Part shown: one piece after another, positions 1 to 6,861 of the stretch | Numbering within the stretch: the stretch's first letter is position 1 | How the letters are laid out: each line of letters opens with the position of its first letter | UHGV virus genome: UHGV-0295468 | Source: a virus | Reading direction: 5' to 3' (one strand) | Length of the DNA: 11,413 bases | Translations under genes and position numbers: made by a program | The notes under the pieces: model-generated | What the model saw: the letters and a program-made list of their open reading frames with translations, nothing else | What the model was told of the DNA's origin: nothing | Databases searched by the model: none

Positions 1-136
1 CACCTTATGACTGGAAGCCGATCAGGGTGGTTTGTCGTAAATGGTCGGCAAGCGTGGGGGCGTTGTGGGTAACCATAACGGCAGATTTTGAACAGGTCGT
101 GGCATAGGAGGCTCTGATGCAGGATATTCCACAGGA
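1..136. repeat. Left-terminal inverted-repeat arm: exact reverse complement of 287..422; carries an inverted copy of the M 3' end (plus-strand codons 3..107, stop 108..110) and of the first 6 codons of L (117..134)
   Basis: Base-by-base comparison: position i pairs with 423-i for i=1..136 with no mismatch; the match breaks at 137 vs 286. The arm runs to the window edge, so its true length may be larger. Confidence 0.95.
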
Positions 137-306
137 TGATACTGCCGCCCCTGCCAGGTAACCGGCTCACCTTTTTCGTTCTGCTCATTACAGAAAAAAT
201 AACGTTCACCACCGACCTCTGTCAGATCGATTTCCCAGAGCACCGCCTGGGCTGACTGAGTGAGGCGTGTCGTCTCATGATGTGTTTCCTGTGGAATATC
301 CTGCAT
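22..306 (-). CDS. L: Minor tail protein L, N-terminal fragment only. About 57 codons (306..137) are L-like; the rest of the 94-codon ORF (136..22) is out-of-frame read-through into the inverted-repeat arm
   Basis: Translation MQDIPQETHHETTRLTQSAQAVLWEIDLTEVGGERYFFCNEQNEKGEPVTWQGRQY closely matches the lambda gpL N-terminus as recalled. ATG at 306..304 lies 9 nt after the M stop, preceded by GAGG. Similarity stops exactly at the 136/137 repeat junction; lambda L is about 230 aa, so this copy is truncated. Confidence 0.8.
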   Translation of the reverse strand: MQDIPQETHHETTRLTQSAQAVLWEIDLTEVGGERYFFCNEQNEKGEPVTWQGRQYHPVEYPASEPPMPRPVQNLPLWLPTTPPRLPTIYDKPP

Positions 307-422
307 CAGAGCCTCCTATGCCACGACCTGTTCAAAATCTGCCGTTATGGTTACCCACAACGCCCCCACGCTTGCCGACCATTTACGACAAACCACCCTG
401 ATCGGCTTCCAGTCATAAGGTG
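287..422. repeat. Internal partner of the left inverted repeat; this copy is contiguous with the intact M gene and the L start codon
   Basis: Reverse complement of 1..136 (136/136). It lies within genuine coding context: L start ATG at 306..304, M stop TAG at 318..316, M C-terminal codons up to 422. Confidence 0.95.
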
Positions 423-645
423 GCGTCCACTGAAATGCGCGGACGCCACCGTGCCGTTCCAGAAAGGATTTTAAAGATGGGTGTTCACATTTACGAACAC
501 GTATCGTCACGCTGTAAGTCGACAACTGGTTATTCAGTCCCGCCGCACGACGCTGTTCATAACCATCGCCCAGCTTCACTGTCACCACTTTCGGCTCTGA
601 TACCACATTCATATCCGGGCGCACTTTCCAGTGAAACGTCTCCAT
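316..645 (-). CDS. M: Minor tail protein M (109 aa)
   Basis: Same length as lambda gpM with clear similarity along the protein (METFHWKV..., WTPPYDWKPIRV..., ...FEQVVA). ATG at 645..643 overlaps the H stop TAA (647..645) by one base; correct position between H and L. Confidence 0.9.
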   Translation of the reverse strand: METFHWKVRPDMNVVSEPKVVTVKLGDGYEQRRAAGLNNQLSTYSVTIRVRKCEHPSLKSFLERHGGVRAFQWTPPYDWKPIRVVCRKWSASVGALWVTITADFEQVVA

Positions 646-3600
646 TACCGATATGCTCCACTTAACCGACCACCATCACGGGCCTGCTGTTGCATAAAGT
701 CCGCTGCCGCTTTTTTCCCAAGGTCATAAACCACCTTCAGGGCAGCAGGACCTATCTGCCCGTTCGTGCCATCGTTATTGATCTCGATGTTGTACTGCGG
801 GGCAAACATCGCCATACCTGAACCACCAATATCCGCCACAACCCCCAGCTTACCGTCAGCACCACGACGCAGTGGCAGAATGGCTTCAGGTCCAGCTTCC
901 CCCATCACACCCGCGCCTTTTGCAAAAGCAAAAAACGTCGGACGGTTAACCACCGTGCCACTGTAGCGACTCAAATCAGCCGACTGATAAACACCGCCAT
1001 CAGCATTGGCTACAAAATCAAAAGGCAGCGCGGAAGCAATGCCTTTTACCGCTTTCATTAAAGCTATCTGAGCCATGATTCTGGACATATCTGACAGCAC
1101 AGAAGAGGTGAAGGATTTGAAATTGAGTTTGCCTGTAGTACAGAATGTCGCCAGCCAGTCACTCATGCTACTGAACGCAGACGTGAACAACTGTTCCACT
1201 GTCCCGGCTGTGTTATCCGCATTCTCAGTGACATTCTGGAGTGCACGCAGGACTCCGTTTTTCCAATTACCCTGAGCAATTTCAAGCCGTTGCCAGTAAC
1301 GGCGATTCTCATTCAGTTGTCGGTTCAGACTCTCCGTCAGCGCCTGCTCGGCCTTTCTGTAGTCATCCGTGTTATATGTCCCTTTCTGCTCACTATCCCG
1401 CCTCAACTGCTCCAGCTGTTGCTGGTATTTCTGGCGAAGACTCAGTTGTACCTGATATCGCTGCCGCTGCTGATCACCCATACCCACCGTGGCGATATCC
1501 AGGTCATGTTGCTGACGCTGAGCGCGCTCTTCTTCAGCCAGTTGACTGGTCAGCTGAATTGTTTTTTTCTTCAGATCGTTGAGTGCCGTCTGTTTCTGAA
1601 GCTCCTGCTGTTTTACATCCAGCAGCGTCAGTGCCTGAATCAGTTCATCTTTACGGGCCAGCACACTCTTTTCATCTGCCGTCAGTTTTTTCCCGTCCAG
1701 ATCGCTGATGCGCTGCTGCAGAGCCAGAAGCTGTTTATGCGCTTCTGTCATCTTTTCAGTGGCAATGCCTGCTGACTGTCTTGCAGCAGCAATCTGTCCT
1801 TCCACCTGTGCCTGTTGCTGACTGTACTGCAGCAATAACCGGGTGGCCTCATCATTACGGGTTTCGCGTGTTTTTTTCTTACCGGATGCCAGGGCTTTCT
1901 CGTAACGTTCATTTTCACGTTGTATCGCCGCATCCCTGACAGCCTGATCGGCGTACTGCATGGCATTAATACGCGCAATTTCACGCTGATGTCGTGCAGC
2001 TTCCGTTTCATTCATCCGGTTCAGTGCAGCATTTTCAGCATTACGGCGTTTCTGTTGCTCCTGATAATTCCGCTCTGCCTGCTCTTTTGCATCCTGCAAA
2101 TCCTTCTGGCGTTTTTTCTCCTGAAGATCGTTAAGACGCTGCTGATCGTATTCAACCTGAGAAGATGATGCCGTCCAGGGGAGTCTTTTCGCCCGCGACA
2201 CTTTCTCCTGCAAAGTGGCAATCTGCGCATCCAGCGAATCTTCACGACCAATATTCATGGCCGCATCCCAGAACTGCTTCCACCAGTCAGACAAAGTTTG
2301 CAGCGTACTGCCCAGCGCATTGAGGTTATTATCAATATCCGCAGTACGCCGACCGGTTTCCTCTGCCAGTGCAGACATGGCTATCCGTGCCGCATCACTG
2401 GACCGCCCCTGCTCTCCAAGGACGCGTATCTGCTCAAGCTGAGTGGCAGTAAGAAAATGCAGCTCATTGTCCAGAGACTTCGCGGCATTTACAGGATCAT
2501 CCTTCAGCCGCTTAAACTGATTTATGGTATCGCTGACCGACTGGCCAACCGATCGCTCCATCTGTGCGGCAGCTCTCGCCACCATACCGATATCGTTTCC
2601 ACGAAATGCACCACTCCCCACCACCTGAGCCAGCGCACCGGCTGCAGCATGTTGCGTGATACCATTCCCGGAAATAGCACGACTGAGCGTCCACAGCTGC
2701 CCGGCAGTGACTCCGGCATAATGCCCCGTCAGCGACAGCTGGCGGTTAAATTCTTCCCCCTCCTTCTGACCGTCATACCAGGCTTTACCCAGGCCATAGA
2801 CAGCCGCGGCAATACCGCCAATAACCCCGCCAAGCATCATGCCTTTCGGTGACATCAATGTGTCTATCCACCCGGCACGGTTAGCCAGCGTTATTCCGGA
2901 TCCCCTCAGCGCACCTAAATTTCCGCGGGCCAGTTCACCTATCAGAACGCCTATCTCCTGACGGGCCGCTGCACTTTTCAGCCCCAGCGAATGCGTGGCT
3001 TTTCCTGCCTGCTCCATTTTGCGGATATACACTTCTGCAGCACTGCTTACCCCCAGCTGGGCAGCCTTGGCACGAAGCAACTCAGAAGAAGAAAGATTCT
3101 GGCGGGTTGCCTGCTCTTTAAGCTGACGGATAAACGCCACTTTCTGTCGGGTAGCCTCTTCCTCAGCCTGTGTAAGAACACGGGTTTTCGCCGTAACCTC
3201 AGAAATCAGCGCCAGATAATCCTGCTGACCAATCCCGCCACTGTTTCTGGCCTGTCGGATCTGCTGCTGAATACGCTGTAATTCCTGCAGACCCGCACTG
3301 GCCTGTTTCACACTGTCAATCTGACGATAAAACGCAGCAGCCGCTTTATCCTGAGCCTCCGCCAGAGCCATGGCCTGCGCCTGTTCCTCGCGCATTTTCT
3401 GGCTCAGCGCCTCCATACGCTGGCGGGTTTTCTCCACCTCGCGGGCCATGCGTTCATGAGCCTGTGCGTTCTTCTCCACCGTCTGCGCATGGACGGATGC
3501 GGCTGTTGCAGCCGAAGACGCCGCCTGCGTTGTCTGCCGGGCGGCCTGAGTCTGACGCTCCATAAAACGCTGCATACGGGCAGAAGACCGTTCTGCATCG

Positions 3601-3701
3601 CTGGCTGCACCATTCAGAAGGTTTTTGATACGGGGGATTTCATTTTTAAACTCTGCCGCATCAATCCCCAAATCAATGACCAGGTTGGCTATCTGGTCCA
3701 T
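645..3701 (-). CDS. H: Tail tape measure protein (gpH-like), 1018 aa from the ATG at 3701
   Basis: N-terminus MDQIANLVIDLGIDAAEF and C-terminus INNDGTNGQIGPAALKVVYD...RDGGRLSGAYR match lambda gpH termini as recalled. Long Q/A/E/R-rich coiled-coil repeats and a Gly-rich hydrophobic segment are typical of tape measure proteins. ATG at 3701..3699 is preceded by GGAGGTG with 6-nt spacing; the ORF track starts 10 codons earlier at a TTG (3731), which I consider less likely. Confidence 0.92.
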   Translation of the reverse strand: MDQIANLVIDLGIDAAEFKNEIPRIKNLLNGAASDAERSSARMQRFMERQTQAARQTTQAASSAATAASVHAQTVEKNAQAHERMAREVEKTRQRMEALSQKMREEQAQAMALAEAQDKAAAAFYRQIDSVKQASAGLQELQRIQQQIRQARNSGGIGQQDYLALISEVTAKTRVLTQAEEEATRQKVAFIRQLKEQATRQNLSSSELLRAKAAQLGVSSAAEVYIRKMEQAGKATHSLGLKSAAARQEIGVLIGELARGNLGALRGSGITLANRAGWIDTLMSPKGMMLGGVIGGIAAAVYGLGKAWYDGQKEGEEFNRQLSLTGHYAGVTAGQLWTLSRAISGNGITQHAAAGALAQVVGSGAFRGNDIGMVARAAAQMERSVGQSVSDTINQFKRLKDDPVNAAKSLDNELHFLTATQLEQIRVLGEQGRSSDAARIAMSALAEETGRRTADIDNNLNALGSTLQTLSDWWKQFWDAAMNIGREDSLDAQIATLQEKVSRAKRLPWTASSSQVEYDQQRLNDLQEKKRQKDLQDAKEQAERNYQEQQKRRNAENAALNRMNETEAARHQREIARINAMQYADQAVRDAAIQRENERYEKALASGKKKTRETRNDEATRLLLQYSQQQAQVEGQIAAARQSAGIATEKMTEAHKQLLALQQRISDLDGKKLTADEKSVLARKDELIQALTLLDVKQQELQKQTALNDLKKKTIQLTSQLAEEERAQRQQHDLDIATVGMGDQQRQRYQVQLSLRQKYQQQLEQLRRDSEQKGTYNTDDYRKAEQALTESLNRQLNENRRYWQRLEIAQGNWKNGVLRALQNVTENADNTAGTVEQLFTSAFSSMSDWLATFCTTGKLNFKSFTSSVLSDMSRIMAQIALMKAVKGIASALPFDFVANADGGVYQSADLSRYSGTVVNRPTFFAFAKGAGVMGEAGPEAILPLRRGADGKLGVVADIGGSGMAMFAPQYNIEINNDGTNGQIGPAALKVVYDLGKKAAADFMQQQARDGGRLSGAYR

Positions 3702-4035
3702 AACGCACACCTCCGGAAATACCTTCCCCAAGATGCATCAGTTCTTCGTCCGTTCGCTCCGGTATCCCGTTCTCTTCCGGTAAAAGGCTGAAATCAGCCA
3801 CCGCAGCATCACTGCTGCCGGACACCATTCTCACGATCAATGCCTTCAGCGAGGCAAACTGCGCATCCATCCACACATCACTGAAGCTCTGCATCCGGAA
3901 ATAATCGCCCCACTCACCAAGCTCAGTGGCCGACATTTCCGACAGCATCCGCCGCCAGTCTGCCCGCCGGAACTCCCGGGCAAGCCGCATGACAAACTGC
4001 ATTTCCCGCGTCAGGACTTTTCCGGCGTCAGCGCC
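3673..4035 (-). CDS. T: Tail assembly protein T segment: the -1 frame ORF overlapping the 3' end of G, probably expressed only as a G-T fusion by programmed -1 frameshifting
   Basis: The -1 frame relative to G is open from 4035 (just after an in-frame stop at 4038..4036) to the stop at 3675..3673. It overlaps the G stop and sits between G and H exactly as lambda T does. A lysine-codon slip site lies one codon before the G stop. The internal ATG at 4002 has no obvious Shine-Dalgarno sequence. Confidence 0.65.
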   Translation of the reverse strand, partial: GADAGKVLTREMQFVMRLAREFRRADWRRMLSEMSATELGEWGDYFRMQSFSDVWMDAQFASLKALIVRMVSGSSDAAVADFSLLPEENGIPERTDEELMHLGEGISGGVRYGPDSQPGH

Positions 4036-4397
4036 TCATGCTCATCATCCCCGGCATTATCAATGGCCCCCATACCGCTCAGCGACAGAACCATCTCCGC
4101 CCCCGCACCCAGGGCATCATACGACCATGTTGTAATAACGGATGCGCAAAGCGTCTCTACATCCTTAGACTGATCCGCATTCCACAGTGAGCGGGAAACC
4201 AGCCAGGCATTGATATCCATCCCCATCCGCAGAAAAGCAATCTGTCGTTCAGCCTCCGGCAGTTCTCCCTCACCGGCATCAAACTTTGCCGTTCGCTGCT
4301 GAACAAACGCCAGATATTCAATTCTCTGCAACCCGGACAGCTCACTGAGCACCACGGACTGTTTTTCATAATTAAACGTGCCCTGTTTCAGAAACAT
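4011..4397 (-). CDS. G: Tail assembly chaperone G (128 aa from the ATG at 4397)
   Basis: Translation MFLKQGTFNYEKQSVVLSELSGLQRIEYLAF... resembles lambda gpG (MFLK..., TLSELSALQRIEHLA...). GGTGGAG Shine-Dalgarno 6 nt upstream of the ATG at 4397..4395. The ORF-track start at 4439 is a TTG inside the upstream hairpin and is unlikely. Confidence 0.85.
   Translation of the reverse strand: MFLKQGTFNYEKQSVVLSELSGLQRIEYLAFVQQRTAKFDAGEGELPEAERQIAFLRMGMDINAWLVSRSLWNADQSKDVETLCASVITTWSYDALGAGAEMVLSLSGMGAIDNAGDDEHEALTPEKS
4017..4023 (-). other. Candidate -1 ribosomal frameshift site GGAAAAG (minus strand) linking G to T
   Basis: G-frame codons read CCG GAA AAG TCC TGA. An AAG-to-AAA lysine tRNA slip at 4019..4017 would enter the T frame. 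The only window where both frames are open is 4035..4014. The motif differs from lambda's GGGAAAG as recalled. Confidence 0.5.
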
Positions 4398-4413
4398 CAT
4401 GTTCTCCACCTGC

Positions 4414-4437
4414 AAAAAAGCCCCGGATAACCGGGGC
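4414..4437 (-). terminator. Intrinsic-terminator-like hairpin between V and G: 7-bp GC stem (GCCCCGG/CCGGGGC), 4-nt loop, followed on the coding strand by TTTTTT
   Basis: Plus strand 4420..4437 is gccccgg-ataa-ccggggc, preceded by A6 at 4414..4419; on the minus (coding) strand this is a stem-loop followed by a U6 tract, 20 nt after the V stop and immediately before the G ribosome-binding site. Confidence 0.55.
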
Positions 4438-4457
4438 AAATGATGAGTATCGTCCTG

Positions 4458-5201
4458 TTAACCTGCGGCGCTGACAGTCACCGCAGCCACAGCCACAAAA
4501 TTCCCGTCAGCGGTCATGCCCACAATGCTGACACTGCCCTGCTTCACGCCTTTCACCGTGGCCACAAGCCCGTTCAGGGTCACCGTGGCAGTCTGTGGAT
4601 CTGACGAATGCACACTGATCGCTTTGTCACTGGCTCCGTCAGGTTTTACTGTAAAGGTCAGCGTGGTGGTTGCTCCCACTTTTACACTGGCAGATGCCGG
4701 TGCCACCGTCAGCCCGGTAACGCTCACTGTTTCAGTGCCTTCCTCTGCCAGATACGGACGCCCCACACCGCTGATTTTCACAGTGCGGGTCATCACGTCT
4801 TTTGAGGCAATGGTTTTACCCAGTGAACTCAGCCAGCCACGGAAAACATCAACAGTACCGTTGGGATATTTGATACGAAACGCGCAGACTTCACCGGAGT
4901 CGAACAACTGAACCAGTTTTTTCTGCCCGCTGTCACCCGGACGCCAGGCCAGCGTCGCCGAAGTATCACCGACTGATTTCTGCCCCTGGGTTGTCGTTTT
5001 CCAGTCTGCATCTTCATCATCGAGATAAGTATCATCTTCTGCATCAGCGGTCATTTCGCCAGGTTGCAGATCCTTCACCATCGCAAGACGCAGCCAGTCA
5101 GTGTCCGACAAAGGGTTCGCAAATGCGTCGCCGTTGCCGGTATACATCCAGAACGTCGTCCCCGCACCTTTCGTCTTTGCCAGTGGATTTGGTGTGGTCA
5201 T
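4458..5201 (-). CDS. V: Major tail protein V with C-terminal Ig-like domain (247 aa from the ATG at 5201)
   Basis: Strong similarity to lambda gpV as recalled (KGAGTTFWMYTGNGDAFANPLSD..., DTYLDDEDADW..., YPNGTVDVFRGWLSS...). Perfect AAGGAGG Shine-Dalgarno 5 nt upstream of the ATG at 5201..5199. The C-terminal ~90 aa are Thr/Val/Ser-rich and Ig-like. The ORF-track start (GTG at 5276) would overlap U. Confidence 0.92.
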   Translation of the reverse strand: MTTPNPLAKTKGAGTTFWMYTGNGDAFANPLSDTDWLRLAMVKDLQPGEMTADAEDDTYLDDEDADWKTTTQGQKSVGDTSATLAWRPGDSGQKKLVQLFDSGEVCAFRIKYPNGTVDVFRGWLSSLGKTIASKDVMTRTVKISGVGRPYLAEEGTETVSVTGLTVAPASASVKVGATTTLTFTVKPDGASDKAISVHSSDPQTATVTLNGLVATVKGVKQGSVSIVGMTADGNFVAVAAVTVSAAG

Positions 5202-5211
5202 TGCCACCTCC

Positions 5212-5613
5212 TTAATTCGTGTACGTGATCTGGTACGTGATTTCCGCCATCGCCCAGGTGGCCATCTCATTATCACGTTGATAGTTAAAACCGAGTGGGA
5301 TCAGGGTGTCGATGAGTCCGGAAAGTGCCGGTACATCATTCAGGGCCGGGAAAATGGTGCTCTCCATCCACATATCCAGCTCTGAATCCGGTGCCTGTGC
5401 CCGGATGAAGACAGCAATATGCAGAACAGCCTGCCAGTCATCTTCATCCGTCATTTTTCCGGTGTACTGAGCATCACTCAGCCACACCGCCACGGCAGGC
5501 AGTTCCTGCGCATCAACAAATGCCGGAAGCCCGTCAAAAAACGTGGCGCTGTCTCCACACTGTTCCCGAAGGCGTGCCAGTACGACCTGGCGGATTTGTG
5601 TATGTCGGTTCAT
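5212..5613 (-). CDS. U: Tail terminator protein U (133 aa from the ATG at 5613; an alternative ATG at 5625 gives 137 aa)
   Basis: Similarity to lambda gpU (ATFFDG..., PAVAV..., YTG, DSELD.WMES, ITY.ITY). The ATG at 5613..5611 overlaps the Z stop TGA (5612..5610) in an ATGA arrangement, suggesting translational coupling. Confidence 0.88.
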   Translation of the reverse strand: MNRHTQIRQVVLARLREQCGDSATFFDGLPAFVDAQELPAVAVWLSDAQYTGKMTDEDDWQAVLHIAVFIRAQAPDSELDMWMESTIFPALNDVPALSGLIDTLIPLGFNYQRDNEMATWAMAEITYQITYTN

Positions 5614-6188
5614 CGGGTCAGCCATAACCTCAGTTGTTGTTTCAGTGCATACCCCAGCTGTTTCGGCATTTCCGCAGCAATGATGCGGTCGCGGGCATCT
5701 TCAAATGCCTGTGTCAGCGGTCCGGACAGCGGGATTTTCACCACATCAATGGGGTAACGATTTTTGCCATCAATACGCCGCATCACATGCCAGCGACCAT
5801 TCGCCAGTTGCTGAATAAACGCATCCCGGAAAAGATATTTACCCACCTTCAGCACACTGCCACGGTACTGCAGTTTTCCACCACGCCGGGCCAGTCTGAC
5901 CCGGGCTGTCCCCAGCTTAATGGCGGGAAGATTGCCCCGGTTAACGCGGATCCTGGCCGTCATTTTTCCTGACGGACTGGCTTTAAACACCCGGACACGC
6001 TGACGTACCAGTTTCAGGGGGATCCCTTTCACCTGGTTATCTCCCGCAACGGTATTCCCGGCAACCTGCCGGGTGGCAACCGAGACCGCTTTCTGTGCCA
6101 CACGGTTTATCGCCCATGCGCTGGCCTGTGGCACCATACGGGTATCAAGGCTGTTCAGATTGCGGATGGCATTCTCAAGCCCCTTCAT
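5610..6188 (-). CDS. Z: Minor tail protein Z (192 aa)
   Basis: Same length as lambda gpZ with near-collinear similarity (MKGLE..., PQASAW.INRVA, QRVRVFKA, IRVNRG.LPAIKLG, NGRWHVM.R..GKNRYPIDVVKIP, LGYAL). GAGGTG Shine-Dalgarno 5 nt upstream of the ATG at 6188..6186. Confidence 0.92.
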   Translation of the reverse strand: MKGLENAIRNLNSLDTRMVPQASAWAINRVAQKAVSVATRQVAGNTVAGDNQVKGIPLKLVRQRVRVFKASPSGKMTARIRVNRGNLPAIKLGTARVRLARRGGKLQYRGSVLKVGKYLFRDAFIQQLANGRWHVMRRIDGKNRYPIDVVKIPLSGPLTQAFEDARDRIIAAEMPKQLGYALKQQLRLWLTR

Positions 6189-6199
6189 CCCACACCTCT

Positions 6200-6775
6200 T
6201 TACTCAATAAAGATCATTGGCTTACCGTTAAAGCGTTCATGCCGTGTGACCGTCCATTGTTGTCCGTCATAAACAACGCGATCCCCGCGCCGTGGGCGGT
6301 ATCCCGAAGAAAACACCACCAGAGAGACTCTGATCCCTTTTCCCGGTTGGCAGCGCGTATGGATGCGATCACGGTCAGAAAGATGGGAAAGACAGCCTCG
6401 ATTAATGATGTCGATATGGCTGTGATCCCGGGAGAAACACTGGCAGAGCTGAATGCTCTGTCCGGACCTCGGCACTTCTTCTGCACTGGTTCCGGCATCT
6501 GCCCAGACAACCCCGACCAGCGGCTCAGAGCCGCTGTTAGTCAGCTGAACTTTTCCTGACTTCAGATAAACCTTCTTACCCGTTTTCATGTCATCCGTTT
6601 TCAGCTTAGGCAGCATAAACACACCTTCGGTTATGCCGTCGCCTGTTTCTCCCTGTGGAATATCGGTCAGCGCCACCGCAAAAACATCCCCCACCTGCAC
6701 CAGATCTCCGCTGCTGATGGCTGCACTGGCAACAATCGCCACCGTTTTTCCTTCTTCTACAAAATTCTTTGCCAT
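6200..6775 (-). CDS. Continuous 191-codon ORF: N-terminal ~115 aa resemble a gpD-like head decoration protein; C-terminal ~45 aa resemble head-tail joining protein gpFII; no stop codon between them
   Basis: ATG at 6775..6773 with GGAGA Shine-Dalgarno 5 nt upstream. N-terminal part (KTVAIVASAAISSGD..., YLKSGKVQL, VVWADAGTSAEE) resembles lambda gpD (AAVGILAVAAD, FYKSGTFRY, VLWPEAASDE). The C-terminus (GKGIRVSLVVF...RRGDRVVYDGQQWTV) resembles the lambda gpFII C-terminal region (GQGVRV...SLFV...RRGDTLTIGEENFWV). Whether this is one fused protein or two genes merged by a frameshift is unresolved. Confidence 0.55.
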   Translation of the reverse strand: MAKNFVEEGKTVAIVASAAISSGDLVQVGDVFAVALTDIPQGETGDGITEGVFMLPKLKTDDMKTGKKVYLKSGKVQLTNSGSEPLVGVVWADAGTSAEEVPRSGQSIQLCQCFSRDHSHIDIINRGCLSHLSDRDRIHTRCQPGKGIRVSLVVFSSGYRPRRGDRVVYDGQQWTVTRHERFNGKPMIFIE

Positions 6776-6818
6776 AACTGTCTCCGCACAGCCCCGTTCA
6801 GGGGCTGATTTCAGGTAC

Positions 6819-6838
6819 AAAAAAAGCCCTTACGGGCC
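6819..6838 (-). terminator. Weak terminator-like hairpin after the capsid ORF: 4-5 bp GC stem with GTAA loop followed by T7 on the coding strand
   Basis: Minus strand reads ggcccgtaagggc followed by ttttttt (plus-strand A7 at 6819..6825), 24 nt downstream of the capsid stop. The stem is short, so this is tentative. A second 5-bp GC hairpin (plus 6791..6805) sits just upstream of the next ribosome-binding site. Confidence 0.35.
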
Positions 6839-6861
6839 ATCAGAGTTGTTGTCTGCGACGT

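Noticed and set aside
137-286. A site-specific invertible segment (150 bp flanked by inverted repeats)
   Set aside because: No invertase gene is present, the arms are far longer than typical invertase recognition repeats, and inverting the spacer would not restore a complete L in either orientation.
22-306. The 94-aa ORF as an intact gene
   Set aside because: Only the first ~57 codons are L-like; the remainder is the reverse complement of the M 3' end read out of frame through the inverted-repeat arm. It is a truncated L fused to junk, not a distinct protein.
1-422. Hairpin telomere of a linear plasmid-prophage (N15-like)
   Set aside because: A covalently closed hairpin end would read as a palindrome with little or no asymmetric spacer. 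Here the arms are separated by 150 bp of unique coding sequence, the junction lies inside a gene, and no protelomerase is present.
1241-3281. Plus-strand ORFs inside the tape measure gene (1241..1582, 1290..1775, 1920..2168, 2298..2852, 2991..3281)
   Set aside because: They are antisense to a well-supported 1018-aa gene, start at GTG/TTG or lack ribosome-binding sites, and their translations are low-complexity Leu/Ser/Cys-rich strings, as expected for the reverse strand of a repetitive coiled-coil gene.
6214-6510. Alternative-frame 98-aa ORF inside the D-like/FII-like region, as a possible separate FII gene
   Set aside because: Its translation shows no FII-like motifs and it ends in a different frame from the FII-like C-terminus, so it does not explain the fusion.
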